From an uncultured Candidatus Saccharibacteria bacterium (GTDB lineage Bacteria > Patescibacteriota > Minisyncoccia > GWC2-36-17 > WO2-46-25): DNA of 64,000 nt. Under the pieces are notes generated by a model, which saw nothing but the letters and a program-made list of their open reading frames with translations, made no database searches and had not been told where the DNA came from. Numbering within the stretch: position 1 is the stretch's first letter; each line of letters opens with the position of its first letter. This document shows positions 18,028 to 27,672 of this stretch, one piece after another. Both the position numbers and the translations under genes were made by a program. The stretch spans positions 924-64,923 of the forward strand of contig CAYHUB010000002.1 in NCBI GenBank assembly GCA_964359755.1. Reading direction: 5' to 3'.

Positions 18028-19635
18028 ATGCCAAAGTATATTTTTGTGACGGGGGGCGTATGTTCGGGACTGGGAAAGGGGATCGCGGGGGCGTCCATCG
18101 GGATGCTACTCAAGGCCGCGGGGTTTACCGTCGCGATGCAGAAGCTCGACCCGTATTTGAACGTGGATCCGGGCACGATGAACCCGTATCAGCACGGCGA
18201 GGTGTTCGTGACGCATGACGGCGCCGAAACCGACCTTGATATCGGGCATTACGAGCGATTCATTGACGAGGAATTTTCCGCGCTTTCAAGCGTGTCTACC
18301 GGGCAGGTGTACCAAAAAGTGCTTGATAAAGAGCGCGAAGGGCTGTATCTGGGCAAGACGATCCAGATCATTCCTCATATCACCAACACCATTAAAGAGC
18401 ACATCCGTACCTGCGCCGAAAAATCGGGCGCCGATATTTTTTTATGCGAGATCGGCGGCACCGTGGGAGATATCGAGGCGGAGCCGTATCTTGAAGCGAT
18501 CCGCCAGCTCCACCATGAAGAAAAGCATCATAATATCATGTTTGTGCATCTTGTGCTCTTGCCGTATTTAAAAAGCTCGGGCGAATTGAAAACAAAGCCC
18601 GCGCAGGCATCGGTACGCGAACTGCGCAAGATCGGTATTAACGCGGATGTTATTTTGTGCCGGTTTGACGACGATCATATTGACCGCGAACATCTGGAAA
18701 AAATCGCGCTGTTTTGCGATGTGCCGATGGAGGCGGTGATTCCCGCGCCGACCGTTGCGTCTATCTACGAAGTGCCATTGAATTTCGACAAAGCAAATAT
18801 CGTCAAGCTCATTACCGATCATTTTCGTATTGACCACCGCGTGCCCGAGCTTAAAGAGTGGGAAGAGTTCGTGCGAAAGATCGGGTCGCACCTTCCGGAA
18901 GTGCCGATCGCGCTGGTGGGGAAATATACAGGACTTAAAGATGCATATTACAGCGTTATTGAAGCGGTGAAAGCCGCGGGATATTTTAATAATGTAAAAA
19001 TACATATCGTGTGGATAGATGCCGAAAAGATCGAGAAGGACGGGGAAGAAGGAAAACAGGAGTGGGAGAATCTGAAAAAAGCGAAAGGTATTGTGGTGAT
19101 GGGAGGGTTCGGCAAGCGCGGCGTGGAAGGCAAAATCGCCGTGGCGCGCTATGCGCGGGAAAATAACATACCGTATCTCGGGTTGTGCCTCGGCATGCAA
19201 ATCGCGGCAATAGAATTTGCGCGCCATGTGCTTGGCCTCACCGACGCGAACTCAGCCGAATTCGACGACACGACGAAAAACCCCGTCATTTATCTGATGG
19301 AGTCGCAAAAAGATATCCATAAAAAAGGAGGCACGATGCGGTTGGGTGATTTTGCGTGCCGCGTCAAAAAAGATTCAAAGAGTTTTATCGCCTACGGAAC
19401 AGAAGATGTCGTGGAACGCCACCGGCATCGGTTTGAATTCAACAACATCTATAAAGAAACGTTTGAAAAAAACGGTATGATCATTGCGGGTATAAACCCC
19501 GAGACTGGGTTGTGCGAAATATTGGAAAACAAAAATCACCCGTGGTTTGTCGGCGTGCAGTCGCATCCCGAATTCACATCGCGCCCTCTCCGCCCGCATC
19601 CGCTGTTCCGCGACTTCATCAAAGCGGCGATATAG
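18028..19635 (+). CDS. pyrG: CTP synthase
   Basis: KYIFVTGGVCSGLGKG, KLDPYLNVDPGTMNP.QHGEV, GLCLGMQ, ERHRHRFE and QSHPEF. Confidence 0.98.
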   Translation: MPKYIFVTGGVCSGLGKGIAGASIGMLLKAAGFTVAMQKLDPYLNVDPGTMNPYQHGEVFVTHDGAETDLDIGHYERFIDEEFSALSSVSTGQVYQKVLDKEREGLYLGKTIQIIPHITNTIKEHIRTCAEKSGADIFLCEIGGTVGDIEAEPYLEAIRQLHHEEKHHNIMFVHLVLLPYLKSSGELKTKPAQASVRELRKIGINADVILCRFDDDHIDREHLEKIALFCDVPMEAVIPAPTVASIYEVPLNFDKANIVKLITDHFRIDHRVPELKEWEEFVRKIGSHLPEVPIALVGKYTGLKDAYYSVIEAVKAAGYFNNVKIHIVWIDAEKIEKDGEEGKQEWENLKKAKGIVVMGGFGKRGVEGKIAVARYARENNIPYLGLCLGMQIAAIEFARHVLGLTDANSAEFDDTTKNPVIYLMESQKDIHKKGGTMRLGDFACRVKKDSKSFIAYGTEDVVERHRHRFEFNNIYKETFEKNGMIIAGINPETGLCEILENKNHPWFVGVQSHPEFTSRPLRPHPLFRDFIKAAI

Positions 19636-19665
19636 TTGGGAGAGGCGCGTCTTGCTTGGTTGTGG

Positions 19666-19781
19666 GCAATCGCCCCCCACTCAATCATTTCTTTTATCTT
19701 AACGGAAGCGCAGCCCTTCATTAATTATCTTATAGATGGGCGTGAGTGGATTAAAGAAAGGATTGAGTGGGGGGCGATTGC
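19666..19781 (+). repeat. Family B hairpin element, copy 1
   Basis: 21-bp perfect arms GCAATCGCCCCCCACTCAATC (19666-19686 / 19761-19781) around the conserved core TTTCTTTTATCTTAACGGAAGCGCAGCCCTTCA...GGGCGTGAGTGGATTAAAGAAA. Confidence 0.92.
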
Positions 19782-19838
19782 GTCTAAAGAGAACATAAGC
19801 TTATAATCAAAAACTTTTTAAATCTGCGCAACAAAAGG

Positions 19839-20402
19839 ATGGGCAAAAAAGAGGCGCTCGAAAAGCTGAAAAAAGAAATGGAGGAAGATTCCGGTCTGCC
19901 GCTGTATGGCAGCGCAAACTTGGTATTCGGGGAGGGGAGCGAGGACGCAGAGATACTTTTTATCGGCGAGGCGCCGGGGCGCCGAGAAGACGAACTGTGC
20001 CGGCCGTTTGTGGGGCAGTCGGGAAAATTGCTGGACAAAATGCTTGCTAAAATAAATATGCCGCGCGAGCGCGTGTATATCACGAATATCGTGAAGCGAC
20101 GCCCGCCCCAAAACCGCGACCCGTTTGCAGAAGAAATACAAGCGTACACGCCGTATCTTCAAAGGCAGATCGACATCATCAAACCGGTGATGATCGCGAC
20201 GCTTGGCAGATTTTCCATGAATTATTTTTTACCGGACGCGAAAATATCGCGTGATCACGGCACAGCGACGCGCATCAATGCATACGTCCTTGTGCCGCTG
20301 TATCACCCGGCGGCGGCGCTTCGCTCGGGGAAGATGTTCAAGGAACTTGAAAAGAACTTTTTAGAGCTTCCGAAACTACTCAAAGACGCAAAAACCGCTT
20401 AA
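19839..20402 (+). CDS. Uracil-DNA glycosylase, family 4-like
   Basis: VFGEG..AEILFIGEAPG..ED..RPFVGQSG.LLD, YITNIVK.RPP.NRDP and YHPAAALR. Confidence 0.9.
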   Translation: MGKKEALEKLKKEMEEDSGLPLYGSANLVFGEGSEDAEILFIGEAPGRREDELCRPFVGQSGKLLDKMLAKINMPRERVYITNIVKRRPPQNRDPFAEEIQAYTPYLQRQIDIIKPVMIATLGRFSMNYFLPDAKISRDHGTATRINAYVLVPLYHPAAALRSGKMFKELEKNFLELPKLLKDAKTA

Positions 20403-20421
20403 ATAAAAGGAAATAGTGGTA

Positions 20422-20450
20422 TTGACAACATGATAAATATGAAGTATAAT
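20422..20450 (+). promoter_or_regulatory. Consensus sigma70 promoter
   Basis: TTGACA (20422-20427), 17 bp spacer, TATAAT (20445-20450). Confidence 0.85.
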
Positions 20451-20503
20451 TGTCTCGTAAATTTAGAAGCTGCTATTTAAAAAATACATAAAAGGAGGTT
20501 CGC

Positions 20504-20773
20504 ATGAATAAGAATTCTGGTTGGTTTAAGTTTTTCTTTAAAAATCTTTTTTTTCTGGTGGTGGGATTAGCGATGGGAGCGGCAATGACGAGTGCGCTTC
20601 TCTTCTTTTTCCCCCCTGATTTCTCAGAAAGAGAAATCAGGGGGGAGTGTAATAAGTGGCAAAACTGGGCGCAAGAAATACGAGCTGACATATTTTCTCC
20701 GTCAGCAGAAATGGTAAGACAATGCCGGAAGGTTGGCATAGAACTTACGGTAAAAAAAGGAGAAGAAGAGTAG
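20504..20773 (+). CDS. Small single-TM hypothetical protein
   Basis: 89 aa with one hydrophobic helix and two Cys. AAGGAGG SD, own promoter and downstream hairpin. Confidence 0.7.
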   Translation: MNKNSGWFKFFFKNLFFLVVGLAMGAAMTSALLFFFPPDFSEREIRGECNKWQNWAQEIRADIFSPSAEMVRQCRKVGIELTVKKGEEE

Positions 20774-20787
20774 AAAAAATAGGTTTA

Positions 20788-20818
20788 AAAGAGGGGGCAT
20801 CAATGATGCCCCCTCTTT
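20788..20818. terminator. Bidirectional terminator
   Basis: AAAGAGGGGGCATCA / TGATGCCCCCTCTTT perfect inverted repeat between convergent genes. Confidence 0.85.
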
Positions 20819-20824
20819 CCTTTT

Positions 20825-22417
20825 TTAGAGAATATTTGCTGCCAATTCGGCGAGCGCGGAGCGCTCGCTTCGCATCATCATGATGTGGCCGGAGCAAACG
20901 TATTGTTTGAACCGGTGAATAGCGATTGATAATCCATTATTATGAATGTTGAGATACGGACTATCGATCTGGTTTATATCGCCGGTCAAAACTATCTTTG
21001 TTCCCTCGCCGGCCCTCGTGATGATTGTTCGTATCTCGTGGCCGGTGAGATTTTGCGCCTCGTCAATTATGAAAAATTGATGAGGCAAACTTCTTCCTCT
21101 GATGTAGGTCAGCGGTTCAACATACAAAACCCCGTCATCGATGAACTTCTGCCACGGAGGTTTTGGTCTGCCGTTTGTTTCGGCGGACTTATGTCTGGTC
21201 GAGTCGCCTTCATTCACCTTCCTTTTTTGCTTCCTCTCCTTTCTGGTCGGCTCCGAGACATCCTCTTTTGGTCTCTCGGCGCATATTTTTTTCCAGCCAG
21301 AAAATAATATATCCAGATTGTCGAATATCGGCTGCATCCAGGGATTGAGCTTTTCATTGATATCTCCCGGAAGAAAGCCGATATCTTCGCCCATTGGTTT
21401 TATCGGACGGGCGACGGATATTCTTGAATACATTTTTCTTTGCTGTTGTTCAAATGCGGCGGCTAACGCGAGCAGCGTTTTGCCTGTTCCCGCTTTGCCG
21501 GTGAGTGTGACGAGCGTGATGTCCGGATCGAGCAGGAGCTCAAGAGCAAGTCTTTGCTCGGCGTTCTTTGGCTTGATGCTGAAGACCGCTTGAGATGGCA
21601 CGACATTGACGGGTAATCGTATCAAAACATCATCTTTGCAGATTGTCTCCACGCGATCATTTCTGTCGTTTTTAATGATCACGAACTCATTGGGCATTAT
21701 TTCAAGATCTTCGGGGAGGGGAGCTTTTCCCGATCTTTTGGCAATAGTGAAAATGCCATTTTTGTCCCTTATCTCTTGAAATCCTGCATAGAGACCGACT
21801 TTGTCATTTCGGTATTCTTCCGCCCGTATTCCGTAAGCCGACGCCTTGTTCAAAAGATTGATATCGTTAGTGACAAGGATAACGGGAAGATTTCCGCTTT
21901 GCGGCGTCTGTTGCCACTTCAAAGCGACAGCCAAAATGTGATGGTCCGGCTTGTCCGCGTGGTTTTTCAACGGCGACAAAGAATGAATATCGTCCTCGGT
22001 GTCTATGAAGAGCGTTCCGCCGCTTTCTAACGTGACACCGTTTTTGAAATCTCCGCCATTGCGGACTTTATTCAGATACCGGGAAACTTGGCGGCTGTTG
22101 GCGCCAAGCTCATCCAATCCCTTTTTGAAGTTGTCGAGCTCATCAAGGGCGGTAAACGGGATGACAAGATAGTTGTCTTTCAGATTCAACAATACTTCCG
22201 GATCATGCAGGAATATGTTCGTGTCGATGATATAGATCTTTTTCGGGACATTTTTTTCCGACATAGCCGCCTCCTTTTTTTCCGGCTTGTCTTTTTTGAT
22301 GCGGAGAGTTTTTTGATGAAAAGGCCGACTCTCCACGTTTTTTTGCAACCTCTTCTTTTCCTCTCCCGCAGTCAGCATCATTCCGCGATTTCTTGACGTG
22401 CCTTGGTCTCTCAGCAT
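20825..22417 (-). CDS. PIN-PhoH (PhoH2/YlaK-type) ATPase/ribonuclease
   Basis: YIIDTNIFLHDP (PIN), LVTNDINL, GKAGTGKT (Walker A), IGFLPG..EKL.PW, YIRGRS, IIDEAQN and GD..QID. Alternative start at 22264. Confidence 0.93.
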   Translation of the reverse strand: MLRDQGTSRNRGMMLTAGEEKKRLQKNVESRPFHQKTLRIKKDKPEKKEAAMSEKNVPKKIYIIDTNIFLHDPEVLLNLKDNYLVIPFTALDELDNFKKGLDELGANSRQVSRYLNKVRNGGDFKNGVTLESGGTLFIDTEDDIHSLSPLKNHADKPDHHILAVALKWQQTPQSGNLPVILVTNDINLLNKASAYGIRAEEYRNDKVGLYAGFQEIRDKNGIFTIAKRSGKAPLPEDLEIMPNEFVIIKNDRNDRVETICKDDVLIRLPVNVVPSQAVFSIKPKNAEQRLALELLLDPDITLVTLTGKAGTGKTLLALAAAFEQQQRKMYSRISVARPIKPMGEDIGFLPGDINEKLNPWMQPIFDNLDILFSGWKKICAERPKEDVSEPTRKERKQKRKVNEGDSTRHKSAETNGRPKPPWQKFIDDGVLYVEPLTYIRGRSLPHQFFIIDEAQNLTGHEIRTIITRAGEGTKIVLTGDINQIDSPYLNIHNNGLSIAIHRFKQYVCSGHIMMMRSERSALAELAANIL

Positions 22418-22503
22418 TTTGTGCCTCCTTGTATATGAATTTTTTAAGGTCCTGAATATGAGTTTCTTATATCACTATTTACCGGCGATGACAATAGCGA
22501 AAA

Positions 22504-24483
22504 TTAAGCGAATTTTTTGAGTTTTTTAATGATGTTTTTAAGTCGTTCCGCGTTTTTGAAATCAAGCTCTTTTGCGGCGCGTTTCATTTCTTTTGTATAC
22601 TGCTCGACCAATTTCTGGATGTCTTTTGTTTCCGAAAAAACACCTATTTCTTCAAAGGAGAGATCGGTTTCATTTTTTTGCGCCGCGATGCGTTCTCGCA
22701 GCGGCTTTTCTATCTGACGCGGCGTGATGCCGTGTTTTTTATTATATTGCTCCTGTATCTCGCGTCGACGGTTTGTTTCTTCTATCGCTTCGTTCATTGA
22801 GCGCGTCATCGTGTCTGCGTACATGATCACTTCGCCTTCGAGATGGCGCGCGGCGCGACCCATCATTTGGATAAGCGTTGTTTTATTCCTTAAAAACCCT
22901 TCTTTGTCAGCGTTCATAATAACAACAAGCGACACTTCCGGAATATCAAGCCCTTCGCGAAGCAGGTTCACGCCCACGATGACATCGTACTCGCCGAGGC
23001 GCAGGGCATGGAGGGTGTCTGTGCGTTCAAGCGTTTTTACCTCCGAATGAAGGTAATGCGCTTTGACTCCTTTTTCTTTCAGGAATTCCGCGAGGTCTTC
23101 CGCCATGCGCTTGGTGAGCGTGGTGACAAATACGCGCTGTTTTTTTGCTACGCGTTTTTTTATTTCTTCTATCGCGTCCCGTACCTGATGTTCGGCGGGG
23201 CGCACGGTAATGACAGGATCCAACAGACCCGTGGGGCGCACGAACTGGTTTACGATATGTCCGTGTGATTTGTTGAGCTCATAGGGTGCGGGCGTTGCCG
23301 ACATGTAGATCGCTTGCGGTACGCGCTGTTCGAATTCCTCAACCCGCAGGGGCCGGTTGTCGCGTGCGGAAGGCAGGCGGAAGCCGTAATTGATAAGCGT
23401 ATCTTTGCGCGCCTTGTCGCCAAAATACATCCCGCGTATCTGGGGGATGGTCATGTGCGCCTCATCCACGAGGATAAGAAAGTTTTTCCCGTATGCGTGC
23501 GCGAAATAGTCGATAAGCGTGAAAGGAGGGGAGTCGGGCTCGCGGAATTCTATCTGGCGCGAATAGTTTTCGATGCCGTGGCAGTACCCCGCGCTGGTAA
23601 GCATTTCAAGGTCAAAGCGCGTGCGCTGTTCTATCCTCTGCGCTTCGATCAATTTTCCCTGAGCGGTAAATACCGCGATCTGCTCTGTTAATTCGTTTTC
23701 AATATTTGCGACGGCACGCGGTATTGTTTTTGTTTCCGCGAGCCAGAATTTTGCGGGAAATATCCGCAGGTGTTCAATGTCTTTCCACCGGGGCGTGAGC
23801 TCGTTTGCGGCAATGCGGATGCGTTCTACCTCGTTTTTCCCGAAGATGACCTGAATGATATCGTTGCCGGTCGAGGGGCGTATTTCAACAATTTCTCCTT
23901 TCGCGCGAAAGATCCCCGGAATCGTTTCTATGTCATTGCGCTGATATTGGAGCGCGACGAGGTGCAGGAGAAGCTCTTTGGGCTGTATGCGCTGCCCCTG
24001 CGACACACGCACACTCAGAGCTTCGTAGTTTGCGGGCGCGCCGATGTTGTAGATGCACGATACTGACGCGATAACGATAACATCGTCGCGCGAAAGGATA
24101 GATTGCGTCGCTTCGTGCCTCAGCCGGTCGAGCTCTTCGTTGATCTTTACGTCTTTATCAATGTAGGTATCGGTCTGCGGCATATACGCCTCCGGCTGGT
24201 AGTAGTCGTAGTAGCTTACGAAATAATGCACGGAATTTTCCGGGAAAAACCCTTTAAATTCTTGATAGAGCTGGTAGGCGAGCGTTTTGTTGTGCGAGAT
24301 GACGAGCGTCGGCTTGTGCGTGCGCGCAATGACGTGCGCGGCGGTAAATGTTTTGCCCGAACCGGTAACGCCCACAAGCGTTTGGTGCGTGGCGCCCGCC
24401 TCAACGCCGTCTGCAAGCGCGGCAATCGCGTCGGGCTGATCGCCGGCGGGAGTGAAATCCGAGTGGATCTTAAAAAGAAGCAT
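22504..24483 (-). CDS. uvrB: Excinuclease ABC subunit B
   Basis: PAGDQP.AI, GVTGSGKTFT, YFVSYYDYYQPEAY, GFRLPSA.DNRPL, NLLREGLDIPEV and GRAAR. Start placed at ATG 24483. Confidence 0.97.
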   Translation of the reverse strand: MLLFKIHSDFTPAGDQPDAIAALADGVEAGATHQTLVGVTGSGKTFTAAHVIARTHKPTLVISHNKTLAYQLYQEFKGFFPENSVHYFVSYYDYYQPEAYMPQTDTYIDKDVKINEELDRLRHEATQSILSRDDVIVIASVSCIYNIGAPANYEALSVRVSQGQRIQPKELLLHLVALQYQRNDIETIPGIFRAKGEIVEIRPSTGNDIIQVIFGKNEVERIRIAANELTPRWKDIEHLRIFPAKFWLAETKTIPRAVANIENELTEQIAVFTAQGKLIEAQRIEQRTRFDLEMLTSAGYCHGIENYSRQIEFREPDSPPFTLIDYFAHAYGKNFLILVDEAHMTIPQIRGMYFGDKARKDTLINYGFRLPSARDNRPLRVEEFEQRVPQAIYMSATPAPYELNKSHGHIVNQFVRPTGLLDPVITVRPAEHQVRDAIEEIKKRVAKKQRVFVTTLTKRMAEDLAEFLKEKGVKAHYLHSEVKTLERTDTLHALRLGEYDVIVGVNLLREGLDIPEVSLVVIMNADKEGFLRNKTTLIQMMGRAARHLEGEVIMYADTMTRSMNEAIEETNRRREIQEQYNKKHGITPRQIEKPLRERIAAQKNETDLSFEEIGVFSETKDIQKLVEQYTKEMKRAAKELDFKNAERLKNIIKKLKKFA

Positions 24484-24577
24484 AGAATTGTAGAATATAG
24501 CATTATAGCTGTAATGAAAAGATAAGCTACCGCCGTAGTATTGTGATAAATGCACGCGAGTATTGGGCTTAAAAAAT

Positions 24578-24603
24578 AAAAGGATGCGTATTCGCATCCT
24601 TTT
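24578..24603 (-). terminator. Terminator of the 67-aa gene
   Basis: AAAAGGATGCG / CGCATCCTTTT inverted repeat. Confidence 0.75.
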
Positions 24604-24617
24604 AAGTTTTTTGTAAT

Positions 24618-24821
24618 TTATAGCACCTCGTTTACGAAAAGAGCGACCTTTCCTTTCTTCCCGTAACTTCTTATTTCCGCTTTCCTTCCTTTTGCTTTTT
24701 CTATCCTATCCTTCTCTTTTTCCAGCCAGCGTTTCATACAAATCATGCCATATTCCGTATCGACCATTTCACACGGATCTGCCCATTCCGTGTGTTGAAC
24801 CCTCTTTGCTTTCTTCTTCAT
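24618..24821 (-). CDS. Small basic hypothetical protein (67 aa)
   Basis: GGGAGG SD, TTGACG-16-TAGTAT promoter (24890-24863) and a downstream terminator. Confidence 0.7.
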   Translation of the reverse strand: MKKKAKRVQHTEWADPCEMVDTEYGMICMKRWLEKEKDRIEKAKGRKAEIRSYGKKGKVALFVNEVL

Positions 24822-24994
24822 TTTTACCCTCCCTGTAAGTTGTTAAACAGCAATGTACCGGGATACTACTATAGTCTTTAAAAACGTCAATAAAATAAAC
24901 AAAATAGTATAATAATTTCGCTTACTTTAGCCAAAAGAAGAAGTATTTTTTCAAAAAGATTGACAATTTATAAAAAGATTGTTACGTTTTATCT

Positions 24995-25750
24995 ATGAAT
25001 CAAGATCAGGTTTTATTAAATCTTATAGAAGAGTCGGGGCTCTCGCAGAAAGAATCCAAGGTGTATTTGGCCTTATTGGAGCTTGGGCAGGGAACTATTA
25101 ATGAAATTTCAAAAATAACAGGATTAAAAAGACCCATTATTTATGTTATTTTAGAAGGCCTATTTAAAAGAGGATATGCCAATGAAGTGCCGCATTGTAA
25201 AATAAATACATACCAGGCTATCGACCCCGCCGTTATATCGCTCAAGCTTCAAGCGGTGGCAAAAAATTTCTTTGATATGGTTCCGGTCATGAAAACGTTA
25301 TCTCACAAAAGCAATGTCCGCCCCGTCATATCTTATTATGATACAAAAGAGGGGATACTCAACGCTTACAATGAGGTAAATAATTATAGCGACGCTTTTT
25401 TTATCACGAGTTTATCAAGAATAGAAAATTTCTTTCCAAAAATTCTTACCGATTGGAAAAAATATTACAAAAAAAATATTATTAAATTAACGAGCAGAAA
25501 TTTGATTTCAGGTACGACGGAAGACATTGCGATCATAAAGGAATTTATGGAAATAACCGACAAGGTGCAGGGGAGAATAGTGCCGGAACTGAAAGATTAT
25601 AATGTCGACTTTGCTCTGTACGGTAATAAATTAAGCATCGCTTCTTTTAACAAAAATCCATTTTTAATCATCATCACATCCGAAGAAGTAGTTAAAACGA
25701 TCATGCCTATCATTGAGTTGGCATGGAACATGGGGAAAAGGATACCATAA
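24995..25750 (+). CDS. TrmB family HTH transcriptional regulator
   Basis: GLSQKESKVYLALLELG..TINEISK.TGLKR..IY.IL..L..RG. Visibly AT-rich relative to its neighbours. Confidence 0.85.
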   Translation: MNQDQVLLNLIEESGLSQKESKVYLALLELGQGTINEISKITGLKRPIIYVILEGLFKRGYANEVPHCKINTYQAIDPAVISLKLQAVAKNFFDMVPVMKTLSHKSNVRPVISYYDTKEGILNAYNEVNNYSDAFFITSLSRIENFFPKILTDWKKYYKKNIIKLTSRNLISGTTEDIAIIKEFMEITDKVQGRIVPELKDYNVDFALYGNKLSIASFNKNPFLIIITSEEVVKTIMPIIELAWNMGKRIP

Positions 25751-25795
25751 AAAAGCGTTTGAGAAAGAAGTGAAAGTGAGATATGATGGAAGTCG

Positions 25796-25866
25796 TGAAG
25801 TGTGAAATATGAAAACTATTTTTAGCGCATCCCTTCTGTTTTACGTTTCAAGATTCATGTTTCAAG
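25796..25866. repeat. Degenerate heptamer tandem repeats (TGAAAYR-like, both orientations)
   Basis: TGAAGTG TGAAATA TGAAAAC (25796-25816) and TTTTACG TTTCAAG ATTCATG TTTCAAG (25839-25866). Confidence 0.55.
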
Positions 25867-25870
25867 CCTT

Positions 25871-26446
25871 ATGATCTCTTATCTTGAGGGAACAGCGATC
25901 GCGAAGAACGAAAAGAACGCAATAATCCTTGTGAACGGCGTCGGCTACAAGGTGTTTTTTTCCGGTGGAGATTTAAATACCATAGCACTCACCGGGGACA
26001 CCGTCAAAGCGTTTACCCATCTGCAAGTAAGGGAGGATGCGCTTGAATTATACGGCTTTTTAGACCGGTCGGCGCTTGAGCTTTTCGAGCTGTTCATTAC
26101 GATTTCGGGCATCGGGCCGAAGGTGGCCCTTGCGATCATTTCTACGGAAAGTCCAAGCGTGCTTGCGGGGGCAATCGCGCGCGAAGACGTGAAGTTTCTT
26201 ACCAAGGTGTCGGGCGTGGGTCTCAAAAGCGCGCAAAAGATCGTGCTTGAACTGCATGAAAAAATAGCGAAAGTGAGTTTTGCGATGCATGACGCGGGCG
26301 CATCGGCGGACGCGGATGCAATCGATGCGCTTGTGGCGCTCGGGTGGAGCGCACGCGATGCGAGAGAAGCGCTCAAAAATATTCCCAAAGAAATTGACCG
26401 GACCGATTTGCGGATCAAAGAGGCGTTGAAAAAATTAGGGAAGTAA
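25871..26446 (+). CDS. ruvA: Holliday junction branch migration protein RuvA
   Basis: MISYLEG, VNGVGYKV, VREDALELYGF, ISGIGPKVAL and DAIDALVALG. Confidence 0.96.
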   Translation: MISYLEGTAIAKNEKNAIILVNGVGYKVFFSGGDLNTIALTGDTVKAFTHLQVREDALELYGFLDRSALELFELFITISGIGPKVALAIISTESPSVLAGAIAREDVKFLTKVSGVGLKSAQKIVLELHEKIAKVSFAMHDAGASADADAIDALVALGWSARDAREALKNIPKEIDRTDLRIKEALKKLGK

Positions 26447-26476
26447 ATAGCCGTGGATTACGAAATGATATTTTTG

Positions 26477-26592
26477 TACTCTATCCTCTCTCCCAATTCT
26501 TTCTTTTATCTTAACGGAAGCGCAGCCCTTCATTAGTTTTTATATAAGGGCGTGAGAGGATTAAAGAAAGAATTGGGAGAGAGGATAGAGTA
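26477..26592 (+). repeat. Family B hairpin element, copy 2
   Basis: 30-bp perfect inverted repeat TACTCTATCCTCTCTCCCAATTCTTTCTTT (26477-26506 / 26563-26592) with the same core. Confidence 0.92.
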
Positions 26593-26610
26593 TGACAAGC
26601 GGATTGCTAT

Positions 26611-27672
26611 ATGGAATTTCTTTTTAATCCCGCGATAGCGCGCGAAGAATGGAATGAATTTATTGTCCGCCACAGCGGCAGTTTTTTGCAGTCGTTTGAA
26701 TGGTCCGGCTTTCAGGAAAAAGCAGGCAATACGGTCGCGCGCATCGTGATAAAAAAAGATGGCGTCATAGTGTTGTGTGCGAACGCAATTTTTCATACGC
26801 TTCCGTTTCGTAAAGCGTATTGGTATGTGCCGTATGGTCCGGTGATCGCAGAAACTGTACAAGAAAAAGAAAAAATAATCCGCTTCTTTCATGAGAAGTT
26901 TTCCCTCAGCGCAGGGAAAGAAGTGATTTTTATAAAAATTGAGCCGGAGGAGATGGAGGCGGGAAACATGTTTGCAGATATTGGAACGCAGAGCGCGGCA
27001 TCGCAACCGCAGGAAACGGTGATCATTGATTGCACACTTTCCGAAGAAGAGATGCTTTCGCAGATGAAACCGAAAACGCGCTATAACATTAAAATCGCAG
27101 AGCGGCACGGAGTAAAGATCATAAGTCCCGACGATCAAACAAAGCTTGATCCGGAGATCTTTCTCTCCTTGCTTTCCGCTACGGCGGCGCGGCATCGGTT
27201 TCGTGCGCATGACGGGCAGTATTACCGGACGATGCTTGAAACGCTTGTACCGCACGAAAAAGCGGCGATGAACAACGCATGTTTCGCGCGATTGTTTTTC
27301 GCGCAGCATGAGGGGGCAGTGATCGCTTCCGCGCTCGTGGTATTTTTCGGACGCCGCGCGACGTATCTGCACGGCGCTTCGGACGCCGCGCAGAAAAACG
27401 TTATGGCGCCCTATGCGCTACATTTTGAGATCATGAAATACGCGAAACAGGCGGGATATGCGGAATATGACCTGTGGGGAGTGGCGACCGAGCGGTCATC
27501 CGATGAAATAAAGAGGAAATGGGGAGGATTTTCTCGGTTTAAGCTCGGGTTTGGCGGCAACGTGGTTGAACGCCCCGGCGCATACGATTTCACGCTTCGC
27601 CCGCTATGGTATATTATATATAGAGGTGTGAAAAAAGCGTCACCTATTCGTTCATGGTTAAAAAGATCGTAA
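26611..27672 (+). CDS. FemABX family peptidoglycan aminoacyltransferase
   Basis: FLQSFEW, YVPYGPV, MKPKTRYNIKIA, YLHGAS, YDLWG and GFSRFKLGFGG. Confidence 0.92.
   Translation: MEFLFNPAIAREEWNEFIVRHSGSFLQSFEWSGFQEKAGNTVARIVIKKDGVIVLCANAIFHTLPFRKAYWYVPYGPVIAETVQEKEKIIRFFHEKFSLSAGKEVIFIKIEPEEMEAGNMFADIGTQSAASQPQETVIIDCTLSEEEMLSQMKPKTRYNIKIAERHGVKIISPDDQTKLDPEIFLSLLSATAARHRFRAHDGQYYRTMLETLVPHEKAAMNNACFARLFFAQHEGAVIASALVVFFGRRATYLHGASDAAQKNVMAPYALHFEIMKYAKQAGYAEYDLWGVATERSSDEIKRKWGGFSRFKLGFGGNVVERPGAYDFTLRPLWYIIYRGVKKASPIRSWLKRS

Noticed and set aside
24484-24597. Extended N-termini in the ORF track (uvrB, also ileS, rsmI, tatD, rpsA)
   Set aside because: Homology begins at downstream ATGs, and the extensions run through promoters, terminators or neighbouring genes.
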